Positions 12,935 to 26,600 of a stretch of DNA of 64,000 bases are shown piece by piece. The notes under the pieces were generated by a model. The model was not told where the DNA came from. It made no database searches and saw nothing but the letters and a program-made list of their open reading frames with translations. The number at the start of each line of letters is the position of its first letter. Position 1 is the first letter of the stretch. The position numbers and the translations under genes are program-made. This stretch comes from Octopus vulgaris (Eukaryota), in contig OX597817.1 in assembly GCA_951406725.2 (NCBI GenBank), positions 17,422,001-17,486,000 on the forward strand, read 5' to 3'.

Positions 12935-14084
12935 AAATATTTTGTTTAATACTTGCCTGGGTAGTCAAACTTTACTGCGAAAATTTAATCAATATAATTC
13001 TAGTAAATGATCAAGATTTACAGCTTAGATATTTCATAATTTGTATTTATCTGAATGCCATGTACGTCGCGCGAGAAAAGCCCTAACTGCAAAGCACTGG
13101 CCCTAGGTAGAACACAACTGGCGAAAGCAAATTATACGCTTCGGTCTTATACACTTCATCACCAAAGAATGTTCTACTTGCTTAACAAGACTAACAAAAG
13201 CCGTCCAATCGTGAACATCCCGTCACTTTTAGACTGTGTTTAGGAGTACATTCATCCGTGTCCTTTATTTAAGATGATAAAGTGTAGTTCGAAGGAGGTA
13301 CGTCTGCTGTTTCTAACAGGGATCTATTCCATCTAGATCCATCGACAAACAATGGTAAATGTGGCGGCTTGTATGTACGTGTGTGTGTGTGAGAGAGAGA
13401 GAGAACGTGCGCGTTATGAATGGTAGCTATAGTATTAGCAACGTGACTGCATGATTGGTGTTGTCAAAGAGACATTGCCGGCTTTGTAATGCTCGCTATA
13501 GAAGCGACAACGGTCGTCTTCGCAATCGTTATTGTTGTAGTGGTGATGGTCGTGGCGACAACGATGATGATGATAGTGAGGAGACGATTGCGGTGTTTAG
13601 AGAGCAGCAGTGATATTTGTGACATTGATTGAAAACAGTATACAAGATTAAACAGTTAATTAAAAAACAATAAATTAATAATTGATCGATTTATATTGAA
13701 ATTTAGCCAGTGTCTAAAATTCTTGATGAAAGAGCTTTTCATAAACGGTTGTCACATGGGGGAGGAAACACATGATGTGAAGGTTGGTTCCGTAACTTGT
13801 TTGGTACTAGCCGTACAGCTTGTAGTGGGTACTTTTGTACTAAACCAGTTCGAAGAACCTGTTTTTGTTCGCGTTCTTTTATGTTTTTATTATCAGCTGA
13901 GCAATTTCTAATAGCATTATCGATTAGTTACATTAATACAAGGGTTTAGAAGTGCAGTGTTATAGGAAATAAGATTATGTGGTGTTCGTACCTTTCTAAA
14001 GAACATCAGCGATATCAACGAGCCAGTGTAGAAGCTCTATGTGGTCGCTAGACCTACAGGAAATAGCAGTTAAGATCTCTTCCA

Positions 14085-14660
14085 TGGCTGCGTAGTAAGA
14101 AGATTCGGGTTCAGTGGTATTGCATGGTACCTTCGGTGTTTTGTACTTTAGCCCTGAGACTTGTGAGTGGATATGATAGACAGAAAAATGAAATGAATCC
14201 TGTCGTATGTATATGTGTGTCTGTGTCTTTCTCCTCCCTCATCACTTGACAACCGGTATTGGTTTCTTTACGCCCCGTTATCTAGCGGTTCGACAAAAGA
14301 AACCGACAGAATAAGTATCAAACTTGAAAAAAGAACTGAGGTCGATTTGATGCTCCAGCGTGGCCGCGGTCTAGTGACAAAGTAAGTAAGAGAAGGTTAA
14401 GTTTTAGTTAAATTTGGAACACATGGACTTGTTCTTTAATATTTTTTTTTACTTGTTTCGCTCATTAGACTGTGGCCATGCTGGAGTACTACCTTGAAAC
14501 ATTTTAGTCGAACGAATCGACCCGTCCCTATTTTACCAGTTTGTTGCCGAACCGCTAAGTTACGGGGATGTAAACACACCACCACCGATTGTCAAGCAGT
14601 GGTGAGGGATACAGACACACAGACCATCGCGCACACATACATACATACATACAAACATAT
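14085..14660. mobile_element. Two decayed SINE A copies in inverted orientation (~14085-14390 +, ~14450-14660 -)
   Basis: Similarity to SINE A body and tail. Confidence 0.65.
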
Positions 14661-14663
14661 ATC

Positions 14664-14856
14664 TCGTGTTTACCGTTGGCGATTTTTTTCCTCCGTCTTC
14701 TCTTCTCTGGATCTTTCCTTCTCTTATGTTTCCGACGAAGAGCTCCGCTCGAAACGTTAAACCCTCCTTCTTTCCTTAGCGTCCAATAATACTATATTTG
14801 TTCCACGTCCTCGCGTTGTTGTGTTTTTTTTGTGCTTTCTTGTTTGGATTAACTTT
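14664..14856 (+). mobile_element. ~200-bp hammerhead-bearing element (family 2; Penelope pLTR/retrozyme-like)
   Basis: gttt-CCGACGA-agagctccgctc-GAAAcgt-t-aaac at 14728-14762; five copies in the window, all abutting (TA)n. Confidence 0.75.
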
Positions 14857-14859
14857 ATA

Positions 14860-14920
<61 letters not shown>

Positions 14921-14925
<5 letters not shown>

Positions 14926-15100
14926 TAATCTAAACATGAAAACACAACGCGAGGACGTGGAACAAATATAGTATTATTGGACGCTCAAGAAGGAGGGTTT
15001 TACGTTTTAAGCGGAGCTCTTCGTCAGAAACATAGGAAAAGGAAAGATCCAGAGAAGGGAAGACGGAGGAAAAAAAATCGCCAACAGTACACACGCTGTC
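14921..15100 (-). mobile_element. Family 2 hammerhead element, tail-to-tail with the previous copy
   Basis: Reverse-complement match; core CTGACGA but GAAA changed to AAAA. Confidence 0.75.
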
Positions 15101-15599
15101 ACGACGGGCTTCTTTCAGTTTCGAATTAATTTTTTTCCCCTTTGAACTTTCACAGTAAAAATACATTGTACGAAGGAATCTATTAATATTATCCTAATTA
15201 TACAAATTTTATTCATCGTGGGCAGATGTGACGATTCTTCAAGTGATGCGTATATTTTCGGCCCTCCTCCACTTTACATTATTAACTCCGGAAATATGGA
15301 TTACCATTTATCAGAAACGTACATACGCATGTGTACAGTGTCATCTTAAGATATGGGCACACCGGACAGCAGGGCGGCTCGTATATAGGCACTGCGGAAC
15401 TGCAGCGCCCCCTATTTCCACTCGATATTACCGATAGCATTCAATATTATGAGTCCTTTTTTTAAAATTCTTTCTTTATACTTGTACATTATATAATCTT
15501 TAAGCTTAATGTCAATGGCCATCCTTTTAAACTTTCACAGTAAAAATACATTGTTTATGAAAAAAAAATACAAAAATCCTTGTATAGAACTGGGTGTTT

Positions 15600-15866
15600 C
15601 ACAGTTTCAGCGACGCAGTGTTTGGCTGTGTGCGCATGCTCACATGTCCGAGATAGGAAGCTTCACGCTAGGGAGAGAGAGAGCAGTGTCGGTGAAAGGT
15701 GGTGTTTCTTTTTTGACTCCATGTGTGTTGTGCTTAGAAACGTGTTTATATTCTTGAATGTGATAAAGTGTAGAATTAGATTATTATCCTACTTCCAGCT
15801 TCATTGTTGCTGCCAGGATTTGAAAAATAGGACAGATTTCCCTCCCCACTTATTTTATGATTGAAG
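15600..15866 (+). promoter_or_regulatory. Candidate promoter / non-coding first exon (1a) of the NHL gene
   Basis: CpG-retaining unique sequence, NRF1-like tgcgcatgct at 15631, donor AAG|GTGAAT at 15866/15867. Confidence 0.35.
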
Positions 15867-17624
15867 GTGAATTTTTGAAAAACAAGGGTGAATTCGCGGC
15901 GGTGTTCAGTGAACAAATTAAACACACCACCCGGCAGTGGCTAAAACGCAAACCCATCGAGTTTATGTATAAATATTCTTTATATATGTTTGTTTCCTTT
16001 TGCACAATATTAAAGCAACGGCTAAAAATTTTCTGAAGCAGTACCCCACTAATTTTATCTATGAGCCGTGACTAGCTGTTTAGGGCCTATAATGCTGTTA
16101 AAGCGGCTTTTCAAATGTATAAATGTATTTATACATTTAAGATGTTGTTGTTGTTTTGGCCCCAGGTAGACTTTCCACTTATGCTCATCACGTCTAAGAA
16201 CTACATTGTTCAAAGTGTCCGTCTTTTTCTAAAACGGTAGAATATGATTCAAAGGAGATTTAGTAGTTGTTTCCAGCAAATTGAACGATCGCAAAGAGAC
16301 TCCCACAGGTTGCCGAAAAAGCCCGACTGGATGCATTTTTCACTAAATCCAAAGTTCTTTACTACTTTATTTTCTGAAAGTAATTTCCGCTGCGAAATGA
16401 CTAAGCGTGGCAGGAAGAAAGAAATCGATGAATAATACTAGGGATTGATTTAATTGGATCAATCAGAATCTTTACTTTGCTTCCTGTTTTCAAAGCAGAA
16501 TCTTTGTTGTGACTTTCCAAAAATATATCTGACTCCACTACCACGAAGCGCATCATCATCATCATCGTCATCATTACAGCTGTCCCGACGGCCTAATTTC
16601 TGACATAAAAATAACAAAAATAATATATATAAGTTGATTTAATCTCACAGATTAAATGTATGCGCTTATAGTATGTAATTGTGTGTGTGCGTGTGTGTTC
16701 TGCTCCTTGTTAACCCAGAGCTGAGTAGAATTATGAACAAATACATTCCAACCATGACTATCTGCTCGAGCCATTGCGTATCGAAGACTACCTTATCCAA
16801 CGTGTTCCTCTCTTCAAGATCGTAGATTGTAGTTTAAGGGCAATTTGGCTGCTTTTTCTAACCGAGAGAGCGACTACGTAGATTCTTCCCCGTTGGCGTA
16901 TATATACGTTTGTTTTCTTTTCTTTTAACGTGTGTAAACTGCAATAAAGTTATGAAATGTTGTTTCCATTGATTTTATCACAATATCACCATCGCAGCTA
17001 ACCTCAGCATCGTGCTACACCATCACCAATACCAACACTACTACCACCATAACATATTGCATTACCTTTACTGCTGTTGTCTGTATTATCTGATTGATTG
17101 CCGGTGTATGTCTGACAGTCTCACTGTCTCTTCATCGCCTTTCTACAAGTATGTTTCTGTTTTAATCTTTCGCCTGTCAGTTCGTCTTTCCGCCTGCCGC
17201 TTGTTTGATTCTATGTGTATCTGCATCACTTCCTATCTTTATTTTTATATCTGTTCTTCCTTCTACCCTTCTATGTTTGTCTACATAAATCAGTATATTT
17301 CTCTTGTAGGGCGAGTCAGTACATATATAATGCCAGATTTGCGACATCAGGTGACCATAAATAATTATATAAATAAATAAAAGCCTCATCACTAAATTCT
17401 ACCCCGCCGCCCCTTTCATCTTTTGCTATCACTTTCTCTTCCTTTTCACATTCTCTCAAGTATTTTTCATATTAATCTTATCATTCGCTCTATTTCTTCT
17501 TTCCATTCTTCTTGTGTCCCTCTTTCTCTAAATCCTTTCTCCCTCTAATATTGACATGTTTCTACGGAGTTCAGTGTAGTGTTGATAAAATTGGTTAAAC
17601 AAGATCACTCTATGTAGTTTGAAA

Positions 17625-17627
<3 letters not shown>

Positions 17628-17666
<39 letters not shown>
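17628..17666. repeat. (GA)n microsatellite
   Basis: Direct observation. Confidence 0.95.
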
Positions 17667-17667
<1 letters not shown>

Positions 17668-18512
17668 CTTGGATACATATATTTACATCTATCTCTGAAT
17701 CAGCGGAGTTATTAGTCAGAAATAATCAATAGTTTGCCCTTCTAAATAATTTCCAACCTGCTTTGATCTGCGTTCCAATCTCACTGGAATCGAATTTCTT
17801 CCTCCTTTCTGTGACCGGTCATCTACTATGGTGACCGAATCTATTGATAACATCTCTTCACCACACAAAATAAAAAAGACTCATTATTGATATTATAAAT
17901 CTCTCTTATAAATTCAGTTTTTCAAGCCTATGCAAAAAAAAAACATTATATAGGTGTGGGATCGAACTTTTAGAAATCTGTGCCCAACGATTCGTGTCGG
18001 TATTTCAGTTGCAATTCCCGCCTGTAGCTATTTCTTGCTCATATTCTTGGTCATATTCTTTCTTGATCGAAGTAATGTGCATCGTGTTTAAAATATACCT
18101 ACAGAACTTGTGTATATATGAATCTCCTCCGATAGATTCAATGAACACAGCATGCCTCATTATTCCACTACTTGATTCAATTTACATATGACTCAGTGTT
18201 TCCCGTTTTTATTTAGAGGCAGCAGCATTCCCAAGAGTCAAAGAAATTCTACGTAAGCATTTCGTTCCGATGTATCGATGACAGTGGTTATTATTACACA
18301 TTAGCCTATACATGGGATGAATAAATAAATAACAGCTGTAGGTGCCGATGCCGAACTAATTCTTGTTAGATGTTTCTATGCAGGGAAACGAAAAGGAAAG
18401 CAGATATGCAACAACGAAAACAAAGGAAATCAATTCTACCAAGAATCAGTCGATTGGAATAGCTGTTTATTTATTTATTTATTTATTTTACGGGAAAACA
18501 GTAAATGAGGGA

Positions 18513-18758
18513 GTGGTGGGTTAGTGTTAGGTTGTGGTGGGTTAGTGTTGGGTTGAGAAACACGACATCGACTGGCAGTTTATCACATGTCTCGTTGACA
18601 CACTGTTGCGGAGTTCTTACCGCTGCTTGTTGGCTCTGTTTTAGTGGCTTTCTAGTGTAGCAGGTTACTTAAAGGCCGTAATACGTTGAATAAACCCCTT
18701 CTATCTCATTATTGGCTAGCAAATGTCGGCACTAACCGGAGAAAACCCCCATCGTAAG
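18513..18758 (+). promoter_or_regulatory. Candidate promoter / first exon (1b) of the NHL gene
   Basis: CpG-rich unique sequence after a 21-bp G-rich tandem dimer; donor AAG|GTAACG at 18758/18759; CpG depletion starts shortly downstream. Confidence 0.45.
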
Positions 18759-20379
18759 GTAACGGTGTCATTTTTTTTGTTCTATTTTCACTTTCGTATG
18801 CGTTGTGTGTACGTGTGGGACTTTTGTTGATTTCTCACCTATTGCATGGAAGTATTAGCTGTAATTTTTAACAACTTATTTACAAACGAACATGTGTTAG
18901 CTTTGTAGAAAAAAAAAATGAAATGAATTAGTGAATATTACGATGGTATGCAGCCTGTGGCATGACCGAATACTATTTAACACGCACTCACACGAGCACC
19001 TTTTTTCTCTCTAACAAGTTATATATATATATATATATAGATAGATAAATAGATAGATAGATAGATAGATAATATGTGTAAATTATATATGGATAATTGA
19101 GTGTTAAGGGAGGAAAAACATGCTGCTAATGTAATGTGTGCATGTATATAATATGCATGTTGTATAAAGGAATCGTGCGGCCAGGAAAATATTTCTACCT
19201 ATTTTTTTTATACCCATTTATTCTTGCCATATTGAATTTCTGATAACGGTTAATATTCCAAAGAATATTCTAATGTTTATGATGTGAAAAGAAGTATTAA
19301 TATCATATATATATATATTATTTAGTTAAATAATGGTTTTATGTGTATCATAGCCAGTTTGCGAATATCGTCACCAGTTCGCGAACATGAATTTAGAAAG
19401 GACCAAATTACTATCATTTTTCAAGATACCATTTTAAATATATGAAGAAGCAAGATCTTTTGTTAAGGCTTCACTAATAAATAGACTATTTGAAGTTGGA
19501 AGGCGGAAAAATTTGGAATATAGTCTATAAGAATGCGGCAATCCAACTAGATAACCGTGTAGCCATTTTAGCAACGTAAATTGCGTCTAAGGAAACCAGT
19601 GTACATTCGCATGCGATTGAAAGGCTTAGTACTGTTTTAAACCAGTGAATGTTTAAGGTATTTTCATACTAGATGATTTATTCAAGCTAGAGATACTGCA
19701 AGCAGATAAAGTAATCGAATCCTATCTAGCTACATGTCACGATACAGTGACCAGGTAAAATGATGTATAAAATAAATATCAATTTATTTGGTATTTTGTA
19801 TGAATGTTTACATTATAAATGACAGTAACTAATTAGGAAATTATTGAGATTTGCTTTCCTTCAGTTCACTGGCAATGTCTGCCTACTAGAAAGTTACGTT
19901 TTCATTGATAGAAAAAACGATGAGATGGTCATATTGGAACACCTTTCATCATTGATAGGCTAACCCTGAGTAACCACATCCGAAAGGAGTCAAGGCAGCA
20001 GTGAGCTCCCTGGAGGCTGAAACAACGGAATTCATGAAAGTCTGTCCGTGGAAACTTTTCAGTACTTATGGATCTGTTGAAGAACTGCTGAAAGACTTCT
20101 ATAAGTTATTTACTTGTTTTAGTCATGCTTTGTCAAACTCTTCAAGGGATTTTGTCAATTATAGCAATTCCATTTCAGTTTTACTAGTCACATGGCACGA
20201 TGAAAGAAAATATGGAAAACCGGAGAAAACACACAAAGGACATGCTCATCCCCTGTTGTGATCAGGGAACCTGATCATTCCCTGATCACAATTTCAGTTT
20301 GTTTATATGCACGCACAGGGTATGTTGAGTACTTGAGATCAAAACACAATTTAATGAAAAGCAAAGATATCAAATAAAA

Positions 20380-20767
20380 TGTGTGGTAAGTAGCTTGCTA
20401 ACCAACCACATGGTTCCGGGTTCAGTCCCTCTGCATGGCACCTTGGGCAATTGTCTTCTACCATAGCCTTGGGCCGACCAAAGCCTTGTGAGTGGATTTG
20501 GTAGACGGAAACTGAAAGAAGCCTGTCGTATATATGTATATATATATATATGTGTGTGTTTGTGTGTCTGTGTTTGTCCCCCTAGCATTGCTTGACAACC
20601 GATGCTGGTGTGTTTACGTTGCCGTCACTTAGTGGTTCGGCAAAAGAGACCGATAGAATAAGTACTAGGCTTACAAAAAATAAGTCCCGGGGTCGATTTG
20701 CTCGACTAAAAGGTGGTGCTCCAGCATGGCCGCAGTCAAGTAAAAGAGTAAACAAGTAAAAGAGAGA
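20380..20767 (+). mobile_element. SINE A, slightly 5'-truncated (duplicate at ~24407-24797)
   Basis: Family match. Confidence 0.9.
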
Positions 20768-21206
20768 ATGTATTTTCAGAAAAACTGTACACGAAACAGG
20801 TCACTCAATAATATTGCCCCTTGTTCTAATAATGGATCTGATTTGACCATGGAAGCAGTTACATGCTAGAATCAGGTGATTCTCATTCATAAGAACAACT
20901 TTCAGTAGGTCCATTACATCCATAAGAACAACTTTCAGTAGGTCCCTAGCACTAGGGAAACTGATTGGTCTACTCTCCAATAATACTTGAAACACCATAG
21001 CCCTGAGGGCCCAAATCAGGATAGCCAAGAATTCACATTATGACTTTATTCTCCTGGATCTTGTCAGACACGTACTATGCCTGATGCTCTCATTTACTAC
21101 ATCTAGTAGTGGACTCCATTCAGTACTCTCTTAAAACATGGGCACACTGGGACTAGAGACCCAATTCTGGTCTATGCTGCAACTTTCTGTCAATAAATAA
21201 ATAAAT

Positions 21207-21616
21207 AGGCGCAGGAGTGGCTGTGTGGTAAGTAACTTGCTAACCAACCACATGGTTCCGGGTTCAGTCCCACTGCGTGGCATCTTGGGCAAGTGTCTTC
21301 TGCTATAGCCTTGGGCCGACCAATGCCTTGTGAGTGGATTTGGTTGACGGAAACTGAAAGAAGCCTGTCGTATATATGTATATATATATATGTAGTGTGT
21401 GTGTATATGTTTGTGTGTCTGTGTTTGTCCCCCTAGCATTGCTTGACAACTGATGCTGGTGTGTTTATATCCCCATCACTTAGTGGTTCGGCAAAAGAGA
21501 CCGATAAGAATAAGTACTGGGCTTACAAAGAATAAGTTCCAGGGTCGATTTGCTCGACTAAAAGTGGTGCTCCAGCACGGCCGCAGTCAAATGACTGAAA
21601 TAAATAAAAGAGTAAA
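21207..21616 (+). mobile_element. SINE A (duplicate at ~25244-25660)
   Basis: Family match. Confidence 0.9.
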
Positions 21617-23564
21617 TACTATAGGGTCCAATGCTTTGATTTGCCTGGGGGCTTATAATACTGCCAAGAAAGCCCTGAATTCCACTATTTTGAGATGCTC
21701 AGCAATGGCCCTCACCAATATGTTGGGACCATCTCCTTTGACATTCTAGACCTGTTGGATGAATTCTGCTATCCCAATAATGTCTGACTGATGAAAATAT
21801 ATCCTTCTCTTAACCACAGATGATACATGCTCACCAGAAGCTTCCAGCTCTGTTCTAACTTAAATTATGAGGGACCTGGCTATATTCAAGAAGCTGGTAA
21901 AATCCAAGTCACTGTGGTCGGTAGCTACAGCCACTACCTCTGTGTACCTTTTCCTTTATTGGATCAAATTGAAGCTTACCATGCTAATGTTGCCACTACA
22001 TCTAAAAGAGAAATAAAAAAGTTAAAATCTGCTACATACCATGTAACATTGTTTTAGATTGTCTTTCATTTATGACCTGCTCAAGTTGTGTTATACACAC
22101 ACGGCAGTCTCCAGGTTCATTGAAAAGGTCAATGCAAAGCTATAGTAGAAAATATTGGCCCAAAATATCGTGCTGTAGGATTGACATGGTTGTAAAATGA
22201 ACTTAATAACTACTAAACTATATTTAAATAAAAAAAAAAACTATATGAAAAACCTTCTTAACAATCAGCACAGGGGTTAATGTAATTGATATCCCTATTC
22301 CCCTAAAATTGCTGGTCTTGTACCAAAATTTTAAAATTATTATCATTGTTATATAAGGCGGCAAGCCAGCAGAACCGTTAGCATGTTGGGCAAAGTGCTT
22401 AGCAGCATTTTGTCCATCTTTACATTCTTAGTTCAAATCCTGTCAGGTTCAACTTTGCCATTCATCCCTCTGGGGTCAATAAAATACTATATCAGTCTAG
22501 TACTGGGTCTGATTTAATCAACTAATCCACTCACCCCAAAATTCCTGGTTATGTTCCTAAATTAGGAGTCAGTAAAATAAATACCAATTAGACCCTCTCC
22601 AAAATTGCTGACCTTGTGCCAAAATTTGAAATTATTATTAATTCAAGTACTGGGGTTGATTTAATTGACTAAACACTGCCTCAAAATTTCAGGCTTTATA
22701 TCTATATTAATAACAATTCTTATTCAAACTGAGATGTTTTCTGTGGGCCCTGAATCTTTTGTAAATAGTTGGAAATGAAGGGATATATGGAGATATTTTT
22801 ATCTGCAAGTTATGATATACAAATGATGCACATGGACAAAAAAATATTCAAAGTGTGCCATTACAGAAGAAAGTTACAGATATTGCTGTTCTGCACTACC
22901 AGCCTTAGCATTTTCGTTTTTACTCTTTTGAAATTCATTTCAAACCATCCAAGTCGGGAACGTGTCGGTGGCACATTACCATCCGAATCGTGGCCGAAGC
23001 CAGTGACTGGCTTCCATGCAGGTGGCACGCAATCCGACCGTGCAGGTCACATAAAAAGCACCCATACACTCACTGAGTGGTTGGCGTTAGGAAGGGCATC
23101 CAGCTGTAGAAACATTCTCGGAGCCTGGTGCAGCCTTCTGGCTTCCCAGACTCGAATCCAACCCATTAGCATGGAGAACGGACGTTAAACGATGATGATG
23201 ATTAGAAATCCTGTGTTAGAAAGAAAAGTTCTGAATTCAACCCCAGTCTTAGACACCTGAAAGCAACTAAAAACTGAACTAATGAAAATGCATAAAGCAG
23301 ACACAGTGTGTTTAACTGACTTTAATAGGCCTGGAAATGTCATATTTTCTCCCAGTACATTAGAAATTTCATGGCACCAATTCTGTACACAGGGTTTTCA
23401 TTGACTGCAAACTCAAGTTCTTACCTATTCACTTTTACGTATTGAGAACGATTACTTAACAGACTTTTTTATAAACCAACAAAAAATCCCCCATGTCTCT
23501 TGAAAAAGCTCTTAGAAATAGAAATAGCATCCAAATTTTCCTTGAATCATACCCTACCATCTTA

Positions 23565-23664
23565 NNNNNNNNNNNNNNNNNNNNNNNNNNNNNNNNNNNN
23601 NNNNNNNNNNNNNNNNNNNNNNNNNNNNNNNNNNNNNNNNNNNNNNNNNNNNNNNNNNNNNNNN
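23565..23664. other. Assembly gap (100 N)
   Basis: N run. Confidence 1.
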
Positions 23665-26600
23665 TAAACCAGTGAATGTTTAAGGTATTTTCATACTAGA
23701 TGATTTATTCAAGCTAGAGATACTGCAAGCAGATAAAGTAATCGAATCCTATCTAGCTACATGTCACGATACAGTGACCAGGTAAAATGATGTATAAAAT
23801 AAATATCAATTTATTTGGTATTTTGTATGAATGTTTACATTATAAATGACAGTAACTAATTAGGAAATTATTGAGATTTGCTTTCCTTCAGTTCACTGGC
23901 AATGTCTGCCTACTAGAAAGTTACGTTTTCATTGATAGAAAAAACGATGAGATGGTCATATTGGAACACCTTTCATCATTGATAGGCTAACCCTGAGTAA
24001 CCACATCCGAAAGGAGTCAAGGCAGCAGTGAGCTCCCTGGAGGCTGAAACAACGGAATTCATGAAAGTCTGTCCGTGGAAACTTTTCAGTACTTATGGAT
24101 CTGTTGAAGAACTGCTGAAAGACTTCTATAAGTTATTTACTTGTTTTAGTCATGCTTTGTCAAACTCTTCAAGGGATTTTGTCAATTATAGCAATTCCAT
24201 TTCAGTTTTACTAGTCACATGGCACGATGAAAGAAAATATGGAAAACCGGAGAAAACACACAAAGGACATGCTCATCCCCTGTTGTGATCAGGGAACCTG
24301 ATCATTCCCTGATCACAATTTCAGTTTGTTTATATGCACGCACAGGGTATGTTGAGTACTTGAGATCAAAACACAATTTAATGAAAAGCAAAGATATCAA
24401 ATAAAATGTGTGGTAAGTAGCTTGCTAACCAACCACATGGTTCCGGGTTCAGTCCCTCTGCATGGCACCTTGGGCAATTGTCTTCTACCATAGCCTTGGG
24501 CCGACCAAAGCCTTGTGAGTGGATTTGGTAGACGGAAACTGAAAGAAGCCTGTCGTATATATGTATATATATATATATATGTGTGTTTGTGTGTCTGTGT
24601 TTGTCCCCCTAGCATTGCTTGACAACCGATGCTGGTGTGTTTACGTTGCCGTCACTTAGTGGTTCGGCAAAAGAGACCGATAGAATAAGTACTAGGGCTT
24701 ACAAAAATAAGTCCCGGGGTCGATTTGCTCGACTAAAAGGTGGTGCTCCAGCATGGCCGCAGTCAAGTAAAAGAGTAAACAAGTAAAAGAGTAGAGAATG
24801 TATTTTCAGAAAAACTGTACACGAAACAGGTCACTCAATAATATTGCCCCTTGTTCTAATAATGGATCTGATTTGACCATGGAAGCAGTTACATGCTAGA
24901 ATCAGGTGATTCTCATTCATAAGAACAACTTTCAGTAGGTCCATTACATCCATAAGAACAACTTTCAGTAGGTCCCTAGCACTAGGGAAACTGATTGGTC
25001 TACTCTCCAATAATACTTGAAACACCATAGCCCTGAGGGCCCAAATCAGGATAGCCAAGAATTCACATTATGACTTTATTCTCCTGGATCTTGTCAGACA
25101 CGTACTATGCCTGATGCTCTCATTTACTACATCTAGTAGTGGACTCCATTCAGTACTGTCTTAAAACATGGGCACACTGGGACTAGAGACCCAATTCTGG
25201 TCTATGCTGCAACTTTCTGTCAATAAATAAATAAATAAATAAATAGGCGCAGGAGTGGCTGTGTGGTAAGTAGCTTGCTAACCAACCACATGGTTCCGGG
25301 TTCAGTCCCACTGCGTGGCTTCTTGGGCAAGTGTCTTCTGCTATAGCCCCGGGCCGACCAATGCCTTGTGAGTGGATTTGGTTGACGGAAACTGAAAGAA
25401 GCCTGTCGTATATATGTATATATATATATGTATGTGTGTGTATATGTTTGTGTGTCTGTGTTTGTCCCCCTAGCATTGCTTGACAACTGATGCTGGTGTG
25501 TTTATATCCCCATCACTTAGTGGTTCGGCAAAAGAGACCGATAAAATAAGTACTGGGCTTACAAAGAATAAGTCCCGGGGTCGATTTGCTCGACTAAAGG
25601 CGGTGTTCCAGCATGGCCGCAGTCAAATGACTGAAATAAGTAAAAGAGTAAAAGAGTAAATACTATAGGGTCCAATGCTTTGATTTGCCTGGGGGCTTAT
25701 AATACTGCCAAGAAAGCCCTGATTCCACTATTTTGAGATGCTCAGCAATGGCCCTCACCAATATGTTGGGACCATCTCCTTTGACATTCTAGACCTGTTG
25801 GATGAATTCTGCTATCCCAATAATGTCTGACTGATGAAAATATATCCTTCTCTTAACCACAGATGATACATGCTCACCAGAAGCTTCCAGCTCTGTTCTA
25901 ACTTAAATTATGAGGGACCTGGCTATATTTAGAAGCTGGTAAAATCCAAGTCCCTGTGTTCGGTAGCTACAACCACAACCACTGCGTACCTTTTCCTTTC
26001 TTGGATCAAATTGGAACTTACCATGCTAATGTTGCCACTACATCTAAAAGAGAAATAAAAAAGTTAAAATCTGCTACATACCATGTAACATTGTTTTAGA
26101 TTGTCTTTCATTTATGACCTGCTCAAAGTTGTGTTATACACACACGGCAGTCTCCAGGTTCATTGAAAAGGTCAATACAAGGCTATAGTAGAAAATATTG
26201 GCCCAAAATATCATGCTGTTGGATTGATATGGTTGTAAAATGAACTTAATAACTACTAACCTATATTTAAATATAAAAAAAAAAACTATATGAAAAACCT
26301 TCTTAACAATCAGCACAGGGGTTAATGTAATTGATATCCCTATTCCCTAAAATTGCTGGTCTTGTACCAAAATTTTAAAATTATTATCATTGTTATATAA
26401 GGCGGCAAGCCAGCAGAACCGTTAGCGTGTTGGGCAAAGTGCTTAGCAGCATTTTGTCCATCTTTACATTCTGAGTTCAAATCCTGCCAGGTTCAACTTT
26501 GCCATTCATCCCTCTGAGGTCAATAAAATACTCTATCAGTCTAGTACTGGGTCTGATTTAATCAACTAATCCACTCACCCCAAAATTCTTGGTTATGTTC

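Larger units (their letters stand above)
19638..23564 (+). repeat. Copy 1 of ~4-kb direct duplication
   Basis: Near-identical to 23665-27695; ends at the N gap. Confidence 0.95.

Noticed and set aside
20001-20261. 86-aa ORF present twice (also 24028-24288)
   Set aside because: GTG start, no recognisable domain, repeated only because of the gap duplication
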